A stretch of 28,028 nucleotides of DNA from Desulfurococcales archaeon (GTDB lineage: Archaea > Thermoproteota > Thermoprotei_A > Sulfolobales > Desulfurococcaceae), in contig JALWQP010000092.1 in assembly GCA_027083045.1 (NCBI GenBank), positions 1 through 28,028 on the forward strand. Reading direction: 5' to 3'. Positions 16,562 through 23,851 of this stretch are shown one piece after another. Position 1 is the stretch's first letter. Each line of letters starts with the position of its first letter. Both the position numbers and the translations under genes were made by a program. The notes under the pieces are model-generated. The model made no database searches. It saw nothing but the letters and a program-made list of their open reading frames with translations, and was not told the DNA's origin.

Positions 16562-18400
16562 TTGTGTGGAATAATCGGTATAACAGCAATGCCCCATAGC
16601 CTCCCACGCGGCGTGGCGAGCCTCATAGTTAAGGCTCTTCTGCGGCTTGAGTACAGGGGCTATGACTCAGCCGGTGTAGCCGGCATTGTAGGCAACGCTA
16701 TAGTGGTCCGTAAGGCGCGGGGAAAGATTGAAGAGGTTTCTCGTAGGCTGGGCTTCAAAGAGATAAGATCATATTGTATGATAGGGCATACACGCTGGGC
16801 AACTCATGGTATACCGAGCGACAACAATGCGCATCCACACACCGATTGTAGGAACTGGTTCGCCGTGGTCCATAACGGTATTCTTGAGAACCATGCAGAG
16901 CTACGCAGGTTCTTGGAGGAGAAAGGACATGTTTTCAGGAGTGATACGGATACGGAGGTGCTACCGCATCTCGTCGAGGACTTCTTCCTCAAGTCAGAGG
17001 ATGTTATGGAAGCGTTCAAGAAGGCTATCGATGCTGTGCGTGGAAGCTATGCTTTTGCAATGATAAGCGTGCACGAGCCGGACAGGATCTTCTATGCAAA
17101 GAACAAGAACCCCCTCGTAATAGGTCTCGGCAATGGCTTCAACGCGGTCGCCAGCGATATAGCTGCTTTGATAGAGCTTACACGCCGGATAATCGTTCTT
17201 AGAGATGGGTGGCACGGCTACATATCGCCCAGAGAGATCAAGCTATACAATGGGCGCGGGGAACCCGTTGATTGGAGAAAGTACGTTATCACTGTCGAGT
17301 GGAGCATCGAGGACGCATCAAAATCAGGTTACCCCCACTACATGCTCAAAGAGATCATGGAGCAGCCGGTAGCGCTCCACAACACCTTGGCCGGGATCAA
17401 GAAAGATAAGGCAATCGATAAAGCCGTAGACATACTGCTCGACGCGGAGAAGATCTATGTTACAGCCGCCGGGACAAGCTATCACGCTGGCCTCTACTAC
17501 GCTCTCCTAACAAGTATACTCTCCGGTACACTAGTACATCCATTCATCGCCAGCGAGTACGAGCTGTACACAAAGACGATCAGCGAGGGAGACGCCGTCA
17601 TCGCCGTGAGCCAGAGCGGCGAAACAATGGACACACTCAACGCCGTAAGAGAAGCAAAGAAGCGAGGAGCCAGAGTGATCGCGGTATCAAATATCATCGA
17701 GAGCAGCATACCCCGGGAAAGCAACGTAACAATATACACGAGAGCCGGGCCCGAGATAGGCGTGGCCGCGACGAAGACCTTCACATCACAAGCACTAGCC
17801 CTATACTGGCTATCAGTCCACCACGCCCTCGCAACAGGCAAAATAACCCGGGCAGAAGCCTCCAACTTATTAAGAGAAGCAGAGAAAACACCGGGACTAA
17901 CACGTAAAGCCATAGAGAAGACGAAGCCCATAGCAGAGAGACTGGCAGAGAAAATCAGTGGTGCCCGTTCAATCTATGTTCTGAGCAGAGGAATAGGTGT
18001 CCCTGTGGCTATGGAGGGAGCTCTCAAGGTGAAAGAGATAGGGTATATACACGCCGAGGCGTATCCTGCTGGGGAGTCTAAGCATGGCCCGATAGCTCTG
18101 GTTGAGGAAGAGTTCCCAGTTGTCTTCATTGTGCCTAATGATCCCAGGCTTGTTGATCTGCTTAAGGGGAATATTGAGGAGATGAAGAGCCGTGGAGCTC
18201 TAACGATCGGTGTATTATCCACGAACACATGTAGTGAATGTAAACTGGATATAAGGATAGAGACTCCTACCGCTAACAAATTGCTTGTCCCATTTACACA
18301 TACACCGTTTATGCAGCTGTTAAGCTACTATATTGCAGTAAACAAAGGTTATGATCCTGATAAACCGAGAAATCTTGCTAAAACTGTTACAGTAGAATAG
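16562..18400 (+). CDS. glmS: Glucosamine-6-phosphate synthase (glutamine-fructose-6-P transaminase)
   Basis: N-terminal CGIIG nucleophile, GYDSAG, HTRWATHG, HNGI, SQSGETMDT, ESKHGP and C-terminal PRNLAKTVTVE. Confidence 0.98.
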   Translation: MCGIIGITAMPHSLPRGVASLIVKALLRLEYRGYDSAGVAGIVGNAIVVRKARGKIEEVSRRLGFKEIRSYCMIGHTRWATHGIPSDNNAHPHTDCRNWFAVVHNGILENHAELRRFLEEKGHVFRSDTDTEVLPHLVEDFFLKSEDVMEAFKKAIDAVRGSYAFAMISVHEPDRIFYAKNKNPLVIGLGNGFNAVASDIAALIELTRRIIVLRDGWHGYISPREIKLYNGRGEPVDWRKYVITVEWSIEDASKSGYPHYMLKEIMEQPVALHNTLAGIKKDKAIDKAVDILLDAEKIYVTAAGTSYHAGLYYALLTSILSGTLVHPFIASEYELYTKTISEGDAVIAVSQSGETMDTLNAVREAKKRGARVIAVSNIIESSIPRESNVTIYTRAGPEIGVAATKTFTSQALALYWLSVHHALATGKITRAEASNLLREAEKTPGLTRKAIEKTKPIAERLAEKISGARSIYVLSRGIGVPVAMEGALKVKEIGYIHAEAYPAGESKHGPIALVEEEFPVVFIVPNDPRLVDLLKGNIEEMKSRGALTIGVLSTNTCSECKLDIRIETPTANKLLVPFTHTPFMQLLSYYIAVNKGYDPDKPRNLAKTVTVE

Positions 18401-19188
18401 ACTATATTGTAGACTACATTATAGTTTACCAGCTTTATTTCAAGTCAAATAATATTGATTCTATATCTTTTATACAATGATAGAGTTCAATATTACCTAA
18501 TACTGTATAGAATTCATGATAGTATTACTTCAAACCAGTGATACACGTGGAAAAACGTTGTCTGAGCTAGATATTATAACGGGTTCCCAGACCAGATAAC
18601 AGCTCCAGGTAATACTTCATCAGTTTTGCACACATTTATTGTTTAAAATAAAATTTATAAATAACCATTAGTTATTCATTGAACTATTATACTCTTATAC
18701 ATTTTTTCTACATTGTTAGCGTTTTATGATGGTATTACTCCTTTTGCAGATAACCTTGAGCTACTATTCTGCCTACCTAGATATAATCTACTTAGGGGTG
18801 CTCCCCATTTCTAGTCGGTATTACGTGGTTGGTTCCTTAGAGCTCTGCAGGGCCAATCGGTTCCCTATATGTTTGTCCTCTTCATTTATTCGTAGTTCTG
18901 TCCTACAGTTTATATTGTTTTGTTATTTATTATATGTTTTTGGATACTGTATTGTAGCTATGTACAGTTCTGGGCGGATGGTGGGTTAACTTTACCGCTG
19001 GAAAGTTAAGTGGGGATTAACTATACCATTAGAGTACTTGGTCCCGGGTCTATGCTCGATCGGCTTGGTAACCGGGGAGTTATCCCTGTCTCGGAACATG
19101 TCTGGAACAACCCGTCTATGGCCTGGGATACAAGTTTATTTTATTATAAGACACTGTACATAGTAATGGATAATGTATCATAGTCAAG
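18401..19188. other. Long non-coding gap with AT-rich tracts and ORB-like elements; candidate replication origin
   Basis: No convincing ORF. 18631-18710 is 67/80 A+T; inverted ORB-like motifs at 18801-18820 and 18986-19015. Confidence 0.3.
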
Positions 19189-19197
19189 GTGATCAAG

Positions 19198-21261
19198 ATG
19201 GGGATCGGCGAAGTAGCTGGGAAGCTGACCAATCTAGGATGGCGTGGATTCATATACTTTGTCGGGGCGCCGAGCACACTGGAAGAAATTAGCAATGATG
19301 CTGAGTACGAACTATGCATATCTCGATATGCAGAGACCAGCCTAGAACAGTGCAGTGAGACTGTCTCCTTTAAGGATGCCCACAGACTGCTTGGTGCGGA
19401 GTATAGGAGTGTCGCGCTACTACTAGAGGGTGGTAGGGGCTGGCCCGGAAACCTGTTGGCCGCGACCATGGAGCTCGTCTCGAGGGCTGGCTACTACTTG
19501 CTCCAAGTATCCAGGGAGCTGTCGAAGACAAGGTTCGGCAAATACTTCGAGGCACGGGTACGTGAGGCGGATAACACGGCCATTTATAGGCATGGCGAGC
19601 TCGCGGGCCTGAATATCTATACTGTCAAGCCCCCGGAGACCAAGTTCAGTCCCAGTGTCTCGAGCAGTGATAGGATTATACGTAGACTCCTATGCTTGAC
19701 GGCGTCACCAGGACAAGCACGCGCCCTCCGCTCTCTCCCCTCGTTCCTCTATGGTAGGAACAAGTTGTTGATTGTTATCGGTGACCGGGGGAGAGGTAAG
19801 AGCAGTGTATTGGGGCTTATGGCGGCATATGTCATGGCTAAGCGTAGGGGCCGGTACTGCGTGGTAGGACATAGCCCTGAGGCTGTTCAGAGCTTCTTCA
19901 AACACCTAATCAGGGGATTAGAGGCTCTAGGCATCAGAGCCGCTGTGAAGATGAGGGACGGGATTATCACCGGTGTCTCCAGCTCCGGCTCGACCATCGT
20001 GTATAGGAGGCCTTGGAGACAGATTGACGGCTTTGATAAGCCCTTGTTCGTGGATGAGGCAGCGGCTGTTGGAGTTGCTAGGCTCATGAGGTGGTATAGG
20101 AGGATCGGGAAAGTCATAGCCTCAACCACTATCCACGGCTATGAAGGAAGCGGACGGGCAATCCTCAAGATAATGGAGGAGTACTTCCGCAGAAAAATCG
20201 TTGTCAAGCTGACGAGGCCTATACGCTATTATCCCGGCGATCCCCTCGAAAAACTCTTCTACAGGGTTTTCCACCTAGACGCCGAGCCCCTCGATAAGAA
20301 AGAGGTCGTTGAGCCCCTCCAGTACAGAGTAGTCGACAAGGACGAGCTGGTAGGGGATTACGAGTTGCTCCGCAGAATATATGGTCTACTGGTAACGGCT
20401 CATTACAGGAACGAGCCAGATGATCTCGTCCTCCTACTGGACACGGACTACTTCGACATCAGGTGCGTGGCTGACGGCAGGGGAGACATTGTCGCTGTCG
20501 CTCAGCTCAGACATGAGGAGACGGGCGGCAATGACAGGTCTGTCAGGCTCATCGACAAGATATCGAGGTACGGCGTAGAAGCAGGGGATCTGAGGATATG
20601 GCGTGTTGTAAGGATAGCCGTTACGCCATCACTGCAGAGGAGAGGAATAGGGTCGAGGCTGCTCAGAGAGATCGAGAGGGAGGCGCAACGCACCGATAAA
20701 CATGGTGTGGGAGCAATATTTTCGGGCTACACGACGATAAGGTTCTGGACTAGGAACGGCTACAAGGCCTTCTATGTAAGCCCTAGGTACAATAGGGCTA
20801 CCGGGGAGAAAAACGTAGCCGTGATAAAGATCCTCGATAATGAGAAAAAATATGTGGAGGAAATGCTCTCGAGGATAGGTTACCGGGTACTGGCTCTTAC
20901 AGCCCATATATCGTACAGGGACTTCGGTACAGAGAAGCTCGTGGAGGCACTGGGCTCGCTAACGCCCGGAGAAATACCTGTCATCCTGGATTGTTCGAGG
21001 CTCAAGAAATACATCGCCAGCAAAAACAGCTATTTAGAGAGCATAGCGGATATCCTCATAACACATATCGATAAACTGGACTGGGGCCATCTAGGGGAGA
21101 AGGAGAAACACGTGCTTGCTGCGAGGCTCCTACAGGGAAAAACAATAACAGACATAGCGAGCTTCACAGGGCTCAGCGCCTCGGAGGCCGAGAAAATACT
21201 TGAAGAAGCCGCTAGAAAGGCCTCAGTATCACTCCTCGAATCGATGTGTAGATCTAGATGA
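19198..21261 (+). CDS. tmcA: tRNA/rRNA cytidine N4-acetyltransferase TmcA (Nat10-like)
   Basis: Helicase domain GDRGRGKSS, VDEAA, TTIHGYEGSGR, IRYYPGDPLE; GNAT domain RIAVTPSLQRRGIGSRLL; GGTGA SD before ATG 19198. Confidence 0.93.
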   Translation: MGIGEVAGKLTNLGWRGFIYFVGAPSTLEEISNDAEYELCISRYAETSLEQCSETVSFKDAHRLLGAEYRSVALLLEGGRGWPGNLLAATMELVSRAGYYLLQVSRELSKTRFGKYFEARVREADNTAIYRHGELAGLNIYTVKPPETKFSPSVSSSDRIIRRLLCLTASPGQARALRSLPSFLYGRNKLLIVIGDRGRGKSSVLGLMAAYVMAKRRGRYCVVGHSPEAVQSFFKHLIRGLEALGIRAAVKMRDGIITGVSSSGSTIVYRRPWRQIDGFDKPLFVDEAAAVGVARLMRWYRRIGKVIASTTIHGYEGSGRAILKIMEEYFRRKIVVKLTRPIRYYPGDPLEKLFYRVFHLDAEPLDKKEVVEPLQYRVVDKDELVGDYELLRRIYGLLVTAHYRNEPDDLVLLLDTDYFDIRCVADGRGDIVAVAQLRHEETGGNDRSVRLIDKISRYGVEAGDLRIWRVVRIAVTPSLQRRGIGSRLLREIEREAQRTDKHGVGAIFSGYTTIRFWTRNGYKAFYVSPRYNRATGEKNVAVIKILDNEKKYVEEMLSRIGYRVLALTAHISYRDFGTEKLVEALGSLTPGEIPVILDCSRLKKYIASKNSYLESIADILITHIDKLDWGHLGEKEKHVLAARLLQGKTITDIASFTGLSASEAEKILEEAARKASVSLLESMCRSR

Positions 21262-22128
21262 GGACTGGAGTCGCTTCCTTCTATCTTCTTCCTTCTTAAT
21301 CCTTATCTCGAGCGGGGTCCTGAACCATACATCATTCTGTATGAACGGTATCTCTATACCCGCCTCGGTTATCGCTTTCTTAATCTTCCATAGCAGGTCC
21401 TTGTAGACCTCGTACCAGAGCATCCCCTTTGATGGAACCCATACCCTCACCCTTATATTGACGCTACTATCTCCAAGTTCCTCCACAAAGACGTCGGGAG
21501 CCGGGTGGACGAGTACGAGCGGGTGTTCGTCCAGCACTCTCCTTATGACTTCATATGCTTTCTCCGCGTCCTCCTTGTAGGCAATGCCCACTATGAAGTC
21601 TAGTCTACGTGCAGCTGTCATGCTGTAGTTCTTGATCCTGGACTGGAACACCTCCTGGTTCGGTATCCTGACTTTGACGCCGTCAAGGCCGAGTATCCTG
21701 GTCGACATGATCGTTACATCGGTTATCCATCCCTGCACGCCGCTCACCTCTACTAGGTCTCCGGGACTGAAGGGCTTCTCCCAGTACAGGAATAGGCCTG
21801 AGAACAGGTTTGCCGTTATACTTTGGAGAGCGAAGCCCAGGATTATACCTATTATACCACCCGCGAGGAAGACGCCCGTGAGATTTATGCCTAGGCTCCC
21901 AAGAGCCGAGATCCCGGCTACGAAGACTATGATGTAATAGATAGCCCTCGACACATTCCTGGAAACAGGCTCCGGGGCAACTCTTATCATGAGCTTATAT
22001 ATGAGCTTTCGGAGCAGAGACGCTATCAGAAGACCGCCCACGATTATCAGTATCGCCATCAGGAGGCCGGGCCAGTTTACTTCACGTATCCAGTAAAACG
22101 CTGACGTGAAGTTTAACTCCTCCATCAA
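21229..22128 (-). CDS. mscS: Small-conductance mechanosensitive channel
   Basis: Three TM helices, GIILGFALQSITANLFSGL, PFSPGDLVEV, VRIPN, IKNYS and GIEIPF. Start is TTG 22128 or ATG 22125. Confidence 0.95.
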   Translation of the reverse strand: MMEELNFTSAFYWIREVNWPGLLMAILIIVGGLLIASLLRKLIYKLMIRVAPEPVSRNVSRAIYYIIVFVAGISALGSLGINLTGVFLAGGIIGIILGFALQSITANLFSGLFLYWEKPFSPGDLVEVSGVQGWITDVTIMSTRILGLDGVKVRIPNQEVFQSRIKNYSMTAARRLDFIVGIAYKEDAEKAYEVIRRVLDEHPLVLVHPAPDVFVEELGDSSVNIRVRVWVPSKGMLWYEVYKDLLWKIKKAITEAGIEIPFIQNDVWFRTPLEIRIKKEEDRRKRLQSSSRSTHRFEE

Positions 22129-22131
22129 ACC

Positions 22132-22842
22132 TCACCTCAGACCATATAGCATCTCGGTGCGCGCAAGTATCCTTGGAGGCCTAAGCCCGGGCGGGTCATG
22201 CACAGGCCTTGCCTCCATCTCGACTTTGCGTCCATAGTATATGGTTGCGGTCGCGGGGCTATTGACCACCATTGTTATGGCTTGCGTACTAGCCCTCCAC
22301 GTGCCGGGCACATAGTATAGCTTGAGTATCTGTGAGTCAAGGAGAATCCTCCCTATCTCTACCCATCCATCATACCTGCTCCTAATATTAACTAGGACGC
22401 GGGCTTCGCCGATACTCGTGTCCGGCGGGTCGGTCATGGGGACTGATTCCCAGTAACGTGCTATTAGTCCTCTGTCAGGTGAACCGTACAGTACATACTT
22501 GATCTTCATAATGGGGAATACATCCACCAAGTCGTATCTCCTATACCTGTCATAAGTCATTATAGCGAGCTCCACAGGTATCTTGATATAGATCATTGCT
22601 TCTCCACGACTAGGGATATGGATGGGCTCGAGAAGCCTCACCATTACATAATTAGTTATCTTCTTGGGGAGCAGCACAGGATACATTGGAACGAGCTCAA
22701 GCCTCCTAGGCCGGACGAGGAGACGCGTGTACTCTCCGCCTCTCCACTCCCTTCTATACTTGATAACGTCTCCCTCGCCGGTAACAGATATAGTATTACC
22801 AGCGATGCTCACAGCACCTCTGATCTCGCCATAGCCCGTCAA
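22132..22842 (-). CDS. DUF432 family protein
   Basis: IPVELAI and KYVLYGSPDRGLIARYW resemble DUF432; directly upstream of mscS as in other archaea; the SD for mscS overlaps its stop. Confidence 0.78.
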   Translation of the reverse strand: MTGYGEIRGAVSIAGNTISVTGEGDVIKYRREWRGGEYTRLLVRPRRLELVPMYPVLLPKKITNYVMVRLLEPIHIPSRGEAMIYIKIPVELAIMTYDRYRRYDLVDVFPIMKIKYVLYGSPDRGLIARYWESVPMTDPPDTSIGEARVLVNIRSRYDGWVEIGRILLDSQILKLYYVPGTWRASTQAITMVVNSPATATIYYGRKVEMEARPVHDPPGLRPPRILARTEMLYGLR

Positions 22843-22861
22843 TAGTTCATCCTACCCCATA

Positions 22862-22883
22862 GTACACTAGTCTGTACACTAGT
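22862..22883. repeat. Direct repeat GTACACTAGT x2 (12-bp period)
   Basis: Copies at 22862-22871 and 22874-22883, each containing the palindrome ACTAGT. Confidence 0.9.
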
Positions 22884-22938
22884 AAATCAATCTATGTCGA
22901 AGAAAACAGATAAACCCCTGGACAAATACCTGATGACC

Positions 22939-22967
22939 CTCCCCGCTTAAAACCCAACGCTCCCCGC
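22939..22967. repeat. Direct repeat CTCCCCGC x2 (21-bp period) bracketing a TTAAAA box
   Basis: Copies at 22939-22946 and 22960-22967; TTAAAA at 22947-22952. Confidence 0.9.
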
Positions 22968-22991
22968 AATACATGTTACCGGTGAGACGAG

Positions 22992-23297
22992 ATGCAGTGG
23001 AAGCTAAGACTAATCCTCGAGGAGCTTTACAAGGCACCACGAAACCCCGGAGACATAGCGGGCAAGACAGGGCTTCCCAGGTACGAGGTACTCGCGTCCT
23101 TCCACGTTCTTGAAGCACTGGGCTTCGTGACAACGATTTACTCTAGGGGGACACACCGGGTATACAAGCTGACAAGTCTTGGCGAGAAACTGCTTCAGGC
23201 ACTAAGACTTGGCTCATTCGAAATCGATATTAGGACCGAGCACCAAACAGCCGAATCAATGGCTACGAGCAATAGCCCGGTTACCGTGGAGGCATAA
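22992..23297 (+). CDS. Small winged-helix DNA-binding protein (ArsR/Sso10a-like)
   Basis: HTH PGDIAGKTGLPRYEVLASFHVLEALGFV and wing ending YKLTSLGEKLL; GGTGA SD. Confidence 0.8.
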   Translation: MQWKLRLILEELYKAPRNPGDIAGKTGLPRYEVLASFHVLEALGFVTTIYSRGTHRVYKLTSLGEKLLQALRLGSFEIDIRTEHQTAESMATSNSPVTVEA

Positions 23298-23299
23298 TC

Positions 23300-23659
23300 A
23301 TGATCGGTGGTGGATGGACCCTAGTACTAGTCACAACCTCCAATAAAGAGGAGGCCGAGCGCATCGCTGAAGACATAGTCAAGAACAAGTTGGCAGCATG
23401 CACCAATATAGCCGAGAAAATAGAGAGCATCTATTGGTGGAACAACAAAGTCGAGAAAAGCAGCGAGGCGCTCCTAATCATTAAGACTAAGGTGACCCAG
23501 CTGGGCAAACTCGTGAGGAGGATAAAGTCGCTGCACAGCTATGAGGTACCCGAGATCATAGCCTTACCCATAATAGGGGGTTATCCGGACTATCTTAAAT
23601 GGCTAGATAACAGCGTCAAGGCTAACAATAATGATCAAGGCAGTGGTTCTCCCCGATAA
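23300..23659 (+). CDS. cutA: Divalent-cation tolerance protein CutA
   Basis: LAACTNI, SIYWWNNKVE..SE..LIIKT and HSYEVPEII motifs; GGAGG SD. Confidence 0.95.
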   Translation: MIGGGWTLVLVTTSNKEEAERIAEDIVKNKLAACTNIAEKIESIYWWNNKVEKSSEALLIIKTKVTQLGKLVRRIKSLHSYEVPEIIALPIIGGYPDYLKWLDNSVKANNNDQGSGSPR

Positions 23660-23837
23660 GAGAGAAGTTGTTTTTAAGGAGAAAAGACTCAGGCTGAGAG
23701 AGATCCTGAGAAAGCTAGGCATAGATGACCCTGATTCCGTTGCTATAGTCTATAACGGCCATTTAATCGATGATCCAGATTACATCATAGAATCCGGAGG
23801 AGAGGTAAAGATTATTTTACAAGGTATAGGGGGTTAG
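23631..23837 (+). CDS. ThiS/SAMP2-like ubiquitin-like sulfur carrier
   Basis: 68 aa beta-grasp pattern (AIVYNGHLI...GGEVKII) ending in Gly-Gly. Confidence 0.88.
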   Translation: MIKAVVLPDKREVVFKEKRLRLREILRKLGIDDPDSVAIVYNGHLIDDPDYIIESGGEVKIILQGIGG

Positions 23838-23851
23838 ACCGCTGGAGCAGC

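Noticed and set aside
16447-16626. 60-aa N-terminal extension of the WtpA ORF
   Set aside because: It overlaps the glmS start on the other strand; ATG 16446 has a strong SD and a signal/anchor sequence.
18516-18566. Possible C/D box sRNA (ATGATAG...CTGA, about 50 nt)
   Set aside because: The C box is imperfect, the D' and C' boxes are very degenerate, and I could not recognise an rRNA or tRNA target.
18726-18989. 87-aa hydrophobic ORF in the gap
   Set aside because: No SD or recognisable motif; the composition (L, Y, F, C, S) is what a T-rich strand yields by chance. A small membrane protein cannot be fully excluded.
22930-22985. CTGATGA C-box-like motif followed by C-rich guide-like stretches
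   Set aside because: No properly spaced D' or D (CTGA) box; the stretch is better explained as a promoter plus SD.
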